Positions 1 through 10,389 of a stretch of 64,000 nt of DNA are shown in pieces. Below the pieces are notes generated by a model. The model saw nothing but the letters and a program-made list of their open reading frames with translations. It was not told the origin of the DNA and searched no databases. The first letter of the stretch is position 1. Each line of letters begins with the position of its first letter. A program made the position numbers and the translations under genes. This DNA is from Schmidtea nova (Eukaryota): assembly GCA_044892505.1 (NCBI GenBank), contig CM097882.1:393142001-393206000 (forward strand), read 5' to 3'.

Positions 1-997
1 AATATAGATTAATATTTTTATTTATTTAACTCCTTTACCGTGCATTTCGAGTAAGCTCTCGACAGGAATCTGAGCCCATCCCGAAAAAAGGCAATAAAAT
101 TTGAACATTTCAATTTGATTTTCTGAATGACCACGCTGTTTCACTGAAGTTGTTTCACTCAAAATAATGTTCTAAACATTACTCCATGTTTAATAAAAAA
201 TATCATGAAGTAAGTATAAAGAAAAACCAGAAACAATAGAAAGAATAAATGAATAAGAATTATTATAAATAATTTTAAAAGATATAATTCTGAGTGGAAA
301 GAATATGACTGGAAAAAGAATTATCAAGTATTACCAAACTTTAACAAATCCACAAAATGAAGATGTCAACGCCATTATCTTAATATGGTTTGTGAGTTCA
401 TTTTCGAAAAGAAAGTTGAAGATTTTTACAAGAAATTCGATTGCTGTGACGATTTCAAAGTTTTTTATTGGCTTAATCGTTCAAAAAGACGCAGTGTTAA
501 TTATTTGAAAATAAGTGAGAAAACTTAGGTGCACATCAACTAATCGAAGATCAAAATCTATAATCTTCAAAAAAGGCAGCGTCGAAAATTTGTGTTAAAT
601 TGAAAACATTTTTATCTATAATTTGAAAGAATAATTATCAACTCGTAAATAAAAATCAAAGATGAAAATAAGATTTTAATGAAAATACAATTAATAAAAA
701 ATAGAAAGTTTCTCTGGTTAAGTTTTAGATTGACTCCGGGTAATCCGGAAAAGTCAATTTACCTGTTGAAATCTTTTATTTAACAGTACTAAGATGTCCG
801 GTTAATTTGAATGTTACTGTAAAGCAAAAACAAATTTTTATTATTAAAATATTAAAATTAGTTTTTTGCTTTATGTATAATGCATTTGACAAATAGAGGT
901 CAAATTTTAAAACTTTTCAAATTTAAATTCAGAATAATTCATTTAATTATAATATATTGAAAAATAGTATTTGGATAAAATAAATGTAAAATATATA

Positions 998-2251
998 CAG
1001 GGCCAGCCCGAGCTCTTATGGCGCCCTAGGCTAAGGGTCTAAATCTCGCCCCATAAGTTTTAACAAGCAAAAAAAAGAATCAACTAAAAATTTTTTTTTG
1101 TTTAACCTAAATTATGAATTATTAAAAAAATNNNNNNNNNNNNNNNNNNNNNNNNNNNNNNNNNNNNNNNNNNNNNNNNNNNNNNNNNNNNNNNNNNNNN
1201 NNNNNNNNNNNNNNNNNNNNNNNNNNNNNNNNNNNNNNNNNNNNNNNNNNNNNNNNNNNNNNNNNNNNNNNNNNNNNNNNNNNNNNNNNNNNNNNNNNNN
1301 NNNNNNNNNNNNNNNNNNNNNNNNNNNNNNNNNNNNNNNNACATCTGGAGTACAATCAATGATTATTGAATAATATTTATTCAGTTTTATTAAGTTTGTA
1401 ATATTTTCTTTGACTACAGAATTTAACAACGTAATCATTTTATTTTGAATTCTTTTGCCCAAGTAATGTACGTGTAATTCTTTATTTTTTATTTGACGTA
1501 CGTGTTCTTTCAAGATTGGGTCGAATTTGGCTATAAGCTCCAAAATTTTTAAGAATTTTCCATTGTTATCTTCATATAACTTATCAGATGTTCCTCTCAA
1601 AGCACGGTTCTGTGACCCGTGTAACTTAATGATTTCAAATAATCTCTCCAATAGATTTCGCCAACGTATTGTATTTTCATTCACGAGTTTTTTATTAAAT
1701 GAGTCAATAGTTTTTCCTTCATTCAATCTTCTGACTAAGTCATTCCATGTTGATATACATTTTAAGTGTTCAATTGTTTTTTCATGCTCTTTTAATCTGG
1801 CTGACACATTTTTACAATTATTCAATCCATTAACAGTTAGGGAAATTTCGTTATTAGAAAAAAGCTTGCATGCAAAACAGAAAACAGCATCATTAGATTT
1901 TGAATAAACCAACCACTTTCGTTGAATCTTTTCACCGTTAGGAAGTGTTCGATAATAGTTTGTAGAACAAAACTTCCGACTTCTTCCTTCCTTTTCTTGA
2001 ACAGTTAATGGAAAATCAAAATTAATTATTTGCTCTGGTCCACGTCTTACAAGTAAATCGATATTTGGGCCAATATTTTGCGGCCATTTCCCAATATCGG
2101 ACAAATAGTCTTGGATACTTGAAACAACATCTAAAGAATTATGTTCGGAATTTATCGTTTCCGAATGATAATTTATGTCAAATGTGTCATCAATGCTATG
2201 ATCTGATTTGAGATCAGTTTCTGGATTGGAATAATATTCTTCAACGTCCAA
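998..2251 (-). mobile_element. hAT DNA transposon fragment: terminal repeat at 998 plus N-terminal half of a ZMYM1/TTF-zinc-finger type transposase
   Basis: The ORF from 2251 to ~1341 has WLVYS..DAVFCFACKLF (TTF zinc finger), LRG..D...NNGKFL.ILELIAKFD and YYSIIIDCTPD (first catalytic D). CAGGGCCAGCCCGAG...GGCGCCCTAGGC at 998 is a typical hAT end. Too little sequence lies between the ORF and this end to hold the C-terminal half, so it is internally deleted. Confidence 0.85.
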
Positions 2252-2639
2252 TGATTTCGATGAAATCAGATCTGATTCTGTGCAGGTAGACTCTGTCTCA
2301 ATATGTTGGAGCTTTCGCTAATTAAGAGATAAAGCATCGCATCTTTCCAAAGCCTAGACCGCTAGCTTTATTGGTATTAATGCATCCACCAATTCATGAA
2401 TTCTTGTCATATAATCGTCGTTAAAATAATTTGTTTAATTTAAATCTCTTAAAGCTTTCTTAATACTGTCGTATAGTTCTATGAATCGTTCTAGCATAAC
2501 CATAATTAAAATCAAGTATTAAATTTAATTCTTTTCCATGTTGAATTTTTACATAATTTTGTAAAATTGAGTTCTTGATCGGTGACAATCTAAATAATTT
2601 GACTACTTTTCGAACGCTTTTCAAAGTTCTGCCCCCACT

Positions 2640-2890
2640 AAAACAGAGGTGTTCCAGAACTTTGGTTTTATAAAGTTTTCACCAAATCATACGGTTGATG
2701 CTGCAGAGCCACTCTGGACCCCATTTTTGGGCTCCCTTGACCCCGGGGGTTGGGGTCGAAAGCCAGCTAAAAACCTTTTTCCCATCAAGGACTACCCGCG
2801 TGCAAAATTTCATCGAGATTGGTCCAGCTGTTTAGATTTCTATAGAGAATACACAAACGCACAAACATTGTCCTTTAATATATTAGACAT
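2640..2890 (+). mobile_element. Probable non-autonomous Helentron-associated (HINE/DINE-1-like) element
   Basis: GC-rich island with a GACCCC-N7-GGGGTC hairpin, followed by GCAAAATTTCATCGAGATTGGTCCAGCTGTTTAGATTTCTATAGAGAATACACAAAC...CCTTTAATATATTAGA, which resembles the 3' core of HINE-type elements. Boundaries are approximate. Confidence 0.45.
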
Positions 2891-3821
2891 ATTATTTTTT
2901 TAAATAATATAATAAATAATAAATAATATCAAATTTTAGAAAAATCAAATCTGTCTGTAACGGTGGAAGAATAACTCAAAGAAAAAAAAAACTTCTTCCG
3001 TACTCTTTGTCTGATATTAATATCTTCATTAGGATTTGTTGAATATGAATTCAAACAAAAAAAGAATAAAAATTGATTTTAAATGAATCAAATAATTATA
3101 TATTTTAATTGATATTTAAATAAACATTTGTCATTTTNNNNNNNNNNNNNNNNNNNNNNNNNNNNNNNNNNNNNNNNNNNNNNNNNNNNNNNNNNNNNNN
3201 NNNNNNNNNNNNNNNNNNNNNNNNNNNNNNNNNNNNNNNNNNNNNNNNNNNNNNNNNNNNNNNNNNNNNNNNNNNNNNNNNNNNNNNNNNNNNNNNNNNN
3301 NNNNNNNNNNNNNNNNNNTAAATAATAGTGANNNNNNNNNNNNNNNNNNNNNNNNNNNNNNNNNNNNNNNNNNNNNNNNNNNNNNNNNNNNNNNNNNNNN
3401 NNNNNNNNNNNNNNNNNNNNNNNNNNNNNNNNNNNNNNNNNNNNNNNNNNNNNNNNNNNNNNNNNNNNNNNNNTAATAATTAATGATAATGATTAGAAAA
3501 TAATAATGATTAATAATAATGATTAATAATAATGATGAATAATAATTAATAATAATGATTAATAATAATGATTTTTAATAATTAATAATNNNNNNNNNNN
3601 NNNNNNNNNNNNNNNNNNNNNNNNNNNNNNNNNNNNNNNNNNNNNNNNNNNNNNNNNNNNNNNNNNNNNNNNNNNNNNNNNNNNNNNNNNNNNNNNNNNN
3701 NNNNNNNNNNNNNNNNNNNTTGTGATACCCAGTGCAAATCCAAGTGATGTAATATCCAGTGTACCAGGAATGGTATTTAACAAAGTTTTTTCGACTGTTT
3801 TTTTAAATGTTCGCGTGTTCT

Positions 3822-3868
3822 GCATAGCACTGATGAGAGCTAAAAGTTCGAAACTAGTCTGTTTTTGG
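3822..3868 (+). ncRNA. Type I hammerhead ribozyme, copy 1
   Basis: ATAGCA-CTGATGA-GAGC TAAAA GTTC-GAAA-CTAGTC-TGTTTT. Predicted cleavage after C3859. Stem II has one G-U pair. Confidence 0.85.
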
Positions 3869-4330
3869 CGATTTGCACTGGGTATCACAAAGCTTTACTT
3901 AATAATAATGAATAATAATAACTAATAATAATAATTAATGATAATAATAATAAATAATAATAATAATTAACAATAATATAATGATAATGNNNNNNNNNNN
4001 NNNNNNNNNNNNNNNNNNNNNNNNNNNNNNNNNNNNNNNNNNNNNNNNNNNNNNNNNNNNNNNNNNNNNNNNNNNNNNNNNNNNNNNNNNNNNNNNNNNN
4101 NNNNNNNNNNNNNNNNNNNNNNNNNNNNNNNNNNNNNNNNNNNNNNNNNNNNNNNNNNNNNNNNNNNNNNNNNNNNNNNNNNNNNNNNNNNNNNNNNNNN
4201 NNNNNNNNNNNNNNNNNNNNNNNNNNTTGTGATACCCAGTGCAAATCCAAGTGATGTAATATCCAGTGTACCAGGAATGGTATTTAACAAAGTTGTTTCG
4301 ACTGTTTTTTTTTAAATGTTCGCGTGTTCT

Positions 4331-4377
4331 GCATAGCACTGATGAGAGCTAAAAGCTCGAAACTAGTCTGTTATTGG
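4331..4377 (+). ncRNA. Type I hammerhead ribozyme, copy 2
   Basis: ATAGCA-CTGATGA-GAGC TAAAA GCTC-GAAA-CTAGTC-TGTTAT: complete core, perfect stem II, 6-bp stem I, palindromic ACTAGT stem III. Predicted cleavage after 4368. Confidence 0.92.
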
Positions 4378-4937
4378 CGATTTGCACTGGGTATCACAAA
4401 GCTTTACTTAATAATAATGAATAATAATAATTAATAATAATAATTAATGATAATAATAATAAATAATAATAATAATTAACAATAATATAATGATAATGNN
4501 NNNNNNNNNNNNNNNNNNNNNNNNNNNNNNNNNNNNNNNNNNNNNNNNNNNNNNNNNNNNNNNNNNNNNNNNNNNNNNNNNNNNNNNNNNNNNNNNNNNN
4601 NNNNNNNNNNNNNNNNNNNNNNNNNNNNNNNNNNNNNNNNNNNNNNNNNNNNNNNNNNNNNNNNNNNNNNNNNNNNNNNNNNNNNNNNNNNNNNNNNNNN
4701 NNNNNNNNNCATTAATAATAATCATTAATAATAATGATTAATAATAATGATTAATAATAATGATTAATAATAATGATTAATAATTAATAATAATAATACA
4801 TAATAATAGTAAATTAAAATAATAATTAATGATAATGATTAGAAAATAATAATGATTATTAATAATTTTGAAAAAAATTTGTCGGATGAGTATTTGTTTT
4901 TAACAAGTAAAGCTTTGGGATACCCAGTGCAAATCCC

Positions 4938-4983
4938 CAATACCAGACTAGTTTCGAGCTTTTGGCTCTCATCAGTGCTATGC
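4938..4983 (-). ncRNA. Type I hammerhead ribozyme, copy 3 (minus)
   Basis: Reverse strand reads ATAGCA-CTGATGA-GAGC CAAAA GCTC-GAAA-CTAGTC-TGGTAT. Cleavage between 4946 and 4945. Stem I has one G-G mismatch. Confidence 0.85.
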
Positions 4984-5341
4984 AGGAGACGCGGAAATTT
5001 CTCTCCGCGCCAGGTAAGTATAAAACAAAGTCGAAAGATTTTTGTTATATACTATACCTGGTACACTGGATAAAACATCACTTGAATATGCAAGGTCCTA
5101 CAGATAATCTGTAACTTGCAAACATGGCGTATGAATTTCATTTTCGCCTCTGTGCGCTAAAAGCGTTCAACAGGAGCTGTTTGCAAGCGCACCCGACTGC
5201 CTTAGCTTCATTATTTCATTATTTTCATTTTCATTATTTCAATTACTTGAAATATCTTTTGAAAAAAACATTTGTCGGATGACTTATTTGTTTTTAACAA
5301 GTAAAGCTTGTGATTTTTTGTGATACCCTGTGCAAATCCCC

Positions 5342-5386
5342 AAAAGCAGACTAGTTTCGAGCTTTCGGCTCTCATCAGTGCTAAGC
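5342..5386 (-). ncRNA. Type I hammerhead ribozyme, copy 4 (minus)
   Basis: Reverse strand reads TTAGCA-CTGATGA-GAGC CGAAA GCTC-GAAA-CTAGTC-TGCT. Cleavage between 5349 and 5348. Stem I has G-C where the plus copies have G-U. Confidence 0.88.
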
Positions 5387-5783
5387 AGGAGACGCGGAAA
5401 TTTCTCTCCGCACCAGGTAAGTATAAAAAGTGGGAACAACTTTGTTAAATACCATTGTTAGTTCACTGGATATCACAAAACTTGAAAGCGCAAGGTCTTA
5501 CAGATAAACTGTAACTTGCAAACATGGCGTATGAATTTCATTTTCGCCTCTGCGCACTAAGAGTGTTCAACAGAAACTGTTTGCAAGCGCACCTGACTGC
5601 CTTAGCTTTATTATTTCAATCACTTGAAATATATTTTGAATAACATTTTTCTGATGACATTTTTGTCTTTGACAAATAAAGCTTTGTGATACCCAGTGCA
5701 AATCCAAGTGCAAATCCAGTGTACCAGGAATGGTATTTAACAAAGTTGTTTCGACTGTTTTTTTTTAAATGTTCGCGTGTTCT

Positions 5784-5830
5784 GCATAGCACTGATGAGA
5801 GCTAAAAGCTCGAAACTAGTCTGTTATTGG
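5784..5830 (+). ncRNA. Type I hammerhead ribozyme, copy 5
   Basis: Same sequence as copy 2. Predicted cleavage after C5821. Confidence 0.92.
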
Positions 5831-6492
5831 CGATTTGCACTGGGTATCACAAAGCTTTACTTAATAATAATGAATAATAATAACTAATAATAATAATTAA
5901 TGATAATAATAATAAATAATAATAATAATTAACAATAATATAATGATAATGNNNNNNNNNNNNNNNNNNNNNNNNNNNNNNNNNNNNNNNNNNNNNNNNN
6001 NNNNNNNNNNNNNNNNNNNNNNNNNNNNNNNNNNNNNNNNNNNNNNNNNNNNNNNNNNNNNNNNNNNNNNNNNNNNNNNNNNNNNNNNNNNNNNNNNNNN
6101 NNNNNNNNNNNNNNNNNNNNNNNNNNNNNNNNNNNNNNNNNNNNNNNNNNNNNNNNNNNNNNNNNNNNNNNNNNNNNNNNNNNNNNNNNNNNNNNNNNNN
6201 NNNNNNNNNNNNNNNNNNNNNNNNNNNNNNNNNNNNNNNNNNNNNNNNNNNNNNNNNNNNNNNNNNNNNNNNNNNNNNNNNNNNNNNNNNNNNNNNNNNN
6301 NNNNNNNNNNNNNNNNNNNNNNNNNNNNNNNNNNNNNNNNNNNNNNNNNNNNNNNNNNNNNNNNNNNNNNNNNNNNNNNNNNNNNNNNNNNNNNNNNNNN
6401 NNNNNNNNNNNNNNNNNNNNNNNNNNNNNNNNNNNNNNNNNNNNNNNNGTTATTTTTAAAATAATGATTAATTTACAAATCATCCAACTAAC

Positions 6493-7620
6493 ATCTTTCT
6501 CGACAAAACAATAGTATAAAGGCTCCATTGATTTTGCTGGCACCGGAAGACTGAGACACAAATGCGGCTCCAACTTATACTGACGAATACTACATCCAGG
6601 ACAGGTAATCGTCAGTTGTTGATAGGTAGCAAATAGTTTGTGTATTTTCGAACCGTTTTGATCGGCAATTTTCTTTGCTTCATAATTGATATTGTATTTA
6701 ACATCGCGATTATTATTCGTTTTCCTATCGTGAGCATCAAACGGTTGCAACGTTGGCGCTGGCGAAGGTAATTTCAGCGTTTCGTGGCAATAGTTCAACA
6801 GAAACAATAGAAACTCCTGAGCATCCTGTTGATCGTTACTCTGAAAATTTCGATCAACAATTGCCAGCTTTGATTTGAATTCACTGGCTATTACGTCACA
6901 CTTTAAATTTGGCATCCAAAGACTTTTGAGAAAAAGAGCAAAGCTAAACAAAAAAGAAATCGTTTCTTTTCTCTTGCAATTACTGTTATCTGGAATCGTG
7001 AATTTATTAAGTCGACTGAGATCATCTTTAAATTTGTTTAAAACGAAATATTTAGCGAGAGAATCAATGGAATTGACGCATTGTAGCACAGAATTGATGT
7101 AACACGTATTTCCATGGTTGACAATTCCGCAAATTGAAACGGAACTCTCACTGATTTTGCTGTTGTTCTTTATGATAATAGATGAATTCAATTTTCTATC
7201 ATAGTTTTCCAGAGTAGTTTGACTGGAAAATTTACTTGAAGAGCAGCTGAGATTTATCGCTTCTTTCGAGTCTTTGCTGTTAACATTCAAATTCGATGAA
7301 ATACTCATTGATTTCGATCGTTTTGATCGGAAAATCCTTCGGAATGAGAGTTTATTATTAATTTTTAATGACTTAATACGCTCTCGAGAGCTCAGAGTGT
7401 CATTGGAAATAGCTTTCTTGCTGGAAGACTGACTTTGGTCAAAAGATTTGGCTTTAACAAATGATGTACGAATGAGTTTAGTGAAAAAATTTGAATTTTT
7501 ATCGAGTTTTTTATTTTTTTTCAAATTGTCTTCAATAGTTTCATTGTGAATTTTAAGAGAGACTTTTTTTTTATTATCTAGAAAACTTTTTCGTTTTGCC
7601 CAAAAACGATTACTAAACAT
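6493..7620 (-). CDS. Ubiquitin carboxyl-terminal hydrolase (USP/peptidase C19), N-terminal coding exon
   Basis: Cys box GIVNHGNTCYINSVLQC, QQDAQEFL motif, KLF..YQQLTITCPGC and EPHLCLSLPVP. First ATG at 7620. Likely splice donor GAT|GTTAGT at 6492, after which the ORF-track translation turns into low-complexity sequence. No His box was found in the window. Confidence 0.85.
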
Positions 7621-8319
7621 TAAGTAATTCCAAGTTCCAAAAACGAGCACACACACGCACACAGTTATAGATAAATAATGGAAATTTACTCTAAAATCGA
7701 ATCACTGCTGAAATAAGAATCTTAAAATTGTAACAACAGAATAATATCTTAGATTATAAATTAACCGATAAAAAGTAAGTCCGTTAAATATTTATTTCAA
7801 TTTTAAATTACAACATTTTTATATTTATAAATTTACCATTTAACTAACGTAATTTATATATTTAAACAATTAATAACCAAGGTCGTTTAAAATTGAAATT
7901 AAATTTTTTTTTCAATTTTATTTTCAATTTTGTTTTTATTTTACAAAACAAATTTACAATCGTGAATCTATTTGCAATAATAATGTTGAAAGACATTCCT
8001 GGACAAAACTAGATTCAAATATACCGGCTATTTGAATTGTTAGTCAGTATTTAAAAAACTACTCACTGCGCTATATTACCGGTTCTTGGATTCCAATAGA
8101 GAGTCTTCGGCTCACGATTACTCTATTTTTAAATGCCTATTTTATTATTGTTTCATATCTTTCGAGAACATATCATAATACTGTAAGGCTGGTAAAATGA
8201 AATAAAAATTTGTTTAAATGTGTCAAAAGTAAATACTCACAAAAAGACGAATTCAAAGGTCAGTATTACATATAAGAATATTACGCAGTAAAATATCTCA
8301 AAAGAAAAAAATAATAAAG

Positions 8320-8500
8320 CGCAAATAAACACAATTAGTAGGCATTCGAACGGCATTTCATAAGTTCATCTTGGTATGGATAAACGATAAAAAGAGGTGT
8401 CTTAAAATAGAGTACACAATTTGAGTGCAGGTCAAATTTACAAACCAAAGACCTTACGAGAATCGAATGAGAAAGATTATTTCTAATAAAAATGCATGAA
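8320..8500 (+). repeat. Old dispersed repeat with an inverted diverged copy at ~29150-29320
   Basis: Shared core CACAATTTGAGTGCAGGTC(A/G)AATTTACA and flanking blocks (GCGCAAATAA, AAAAGAGG, CGAGAAT). Family not identified. Confidence 0.55.
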
Positions 8501-9141
8501 CGAAAAATAAAATTTGTGTTTAAATAAAGAGAATAATTTATAAAAAAATTATGTAAGAAATCCCAATAAAAATCTCGTTAAAATAACAGAGATAAAGACA
8601 ATATATAAAAGAAGTTGATTATTTCATTAATTAACGAACACAAAATGATGCCATATCGGACATACACACATAATTTATTAGGATTAAAAATAAATATTTA
8701 GAAAATCAATTGTAAAATTAATTTTACTAAAAAACAAATAAATAATTCATTTATTAAAAAATAATTAAAATATTAATATTGTTGGGCAAAAACTTAGGTT
8801 TGTATAAATAACGCGGTAATACAGCATGTAGAAAGCGCGTAAGAAGTATATTTAAAATTCTAGGAGCTAAAACACAGTAATAACAAAACAAATGAAATAA
8901 GTAATTAAAACACGTTTAAAAATTAAAAGAAAAAAAAGCACATTAAGTACACACGTGAAAAACACATATAACATAGAAACACCAATTATGCAATAAAATA
9001 ATAAACTTGGAAAAATTAACATATTTTCTGGAGGAAATTTTTGATTTCATCTTAAAAATCCATAAAAATATCAAAGAAAATTGTTTTAGATAAAAATTAT
9101 GATAAATTAATTAAATTAGAAAAACTTTGATTTTAAAATAA

Positions 9142-10090
9142 TGTTCGGTTCGTATCAGTGGTTTACGACGAACACAGAAAATATATATATAATTGAAACT
9201 TTAATTTGATTATCGGACTCCAAACGATAATCCGCTTATATAATTATAGATAAAATATATGTTTTAGGTTGTGTGTAAAGAAAACAAAACTAATTCTTTT
9301 TAATAAGATTTATTGTGAAATATGTATAACAATGTACAATATAATAAAATAGCTGCAAAGCAAAAGTTAGAAAATCGGTTATTCAAACCGTCCTCAGAGT
9401 TTAAGAACGAAAGCTGGACCTAAAAGGCTCAACAGCTCCGACTAAATGAAAGGACAAGATGAGGGATTCCCGGTAGTTTAATCGCGATAGTGACAACCCA
9501 GAAATGGTTATCACTGTTGCCTAATAAATTTCCTTCTGATATTTAAAGATTTTACTGAAGGAGAAAGATAGTAATACAACTATTTCCCCGTGATCGATTA
9601 AATAAAATATAAACTAAATTTACCAAGACTATGGAGAATATTCTTTTGGTTCCACGAAATTTGCAACTGAACTACAATTTAATTTTAAAACTAAACTTCT
9701 CGTAATATTGTCTCTCAAATTCCCTACTGAAAGTCAATGATTTGTAATTAGTTTAAATAGTAAAGTACTGCCTACACGGCCACGCACAAAAAGTTTACTA
9801 TTATTTTTAGTAATTTTTATTTACTATTTTTAATCTAAATTTATTATTATTATTACTATAATTAGTGTATATCTATTTAGAGCAGTTATTAATTACTATA
9901 TTTATTTCTTTTCTATTTATAGTAATTATTTGTTACTAAAATTACTAATTAAGTATTTAATTATTACTATAATTATTATCTATCTATTTATAGTAATTCT
10001 TAATTGCTATTTATATTTATTTATTTATTTATAATATTTAATTACAAATTTATACAAAACCCCGAGATCCCTTGATCTCGAACCCTAACA
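9142..10090 (-). repeat. 3' LTR of element 1 (949 bp)
   Basis: TGTTCGGTTCG...CGAACCCTAACA. Near-identical to 22908-23747 apart from ~109 extra AT-rich bases. Confidence 0.97.
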
Positions 10091-10092
10091 TG

Positions 10093-10102
10093 TCTTCCCC
10101 CT
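10093..10102 (-). promoter_or_regulatory. Polypurine tract of element 1
   Basis: AGGGGGAAGA on the minus strand, 2 nt before the 3' LTR. Confidence 0.8.
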
Positions 10103-10389
10103 AACAAGATTTTCGTCCCGAAAATTAAAGCGGAAAAGACAAGAAGGTTAAGCAGCCAAAAATAAAAATAAAATAACAACACATGCATATATATACATAG
10201 AATGCGCTTGGCCAATAAAAAATGAGTCTCATAAAACACATAATACATAAGTAATGTTAATCACAATCGATATCAAATAATAACTGTCTGTAAGCGTTAG
10301 ATTGTTGATCGCATAGCCGAAATGCTAATTGTTTGATTGATAGTTGTCATAGCTTATAGCTAGACCTTGGATTGAACGTAGCAGAAATG

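Larger units (their letters stand above)
3474..5951. repeat. Array of hammerhead-containing repeat units (3 on plus, 2 full plus 1 partial on minus) interleaved with (AAT)n tracts
   Basis: Plus units of ~180 bp at 3720-3900, 4227-4409 and ~5685-5862 each begin with an inverted copy of their own 3' end (TGTGATACCCAGTGCAAATC...GATTTGCACTGGGTATCACA) and end in an AAT tail. Two diverged ~400 bp minus units lie in tandem at ~4885-5640. Confidence 0.9.

Noticed and set aside
280-530. Protein-like plus-strand frame (NSEWKEYDW...RCQRHYLNMVCEF)
   Set aside because: It contains an internal stop and no family could be recognised.
5005-5130. Complete U1 snRNA gene or spliced-leader RNA gene
   Set aside because: Only the 12-16 nt 5' motif matches U1, with no 70K loop or U1A loop. 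An Sm-like ATTTTTG occurs in only one of the two copies on the plus strand.
3720-5862. CRISPR array or MITE reading of the ~180 bp units with 20-bp terminal inverted repeats
   Set aside because: No repeat-spacer structure, cas genes or TSDs. The minus copies show the inverted end is a fold-back of the unit's own 3' part, and the core is a hammerhead.
1098-6464. Many ORF-track entries made mostly of X
   Set aside because: They are frames running through N tracts and AAT repeats. The same applies at 37293-37515 and 53585-54337.
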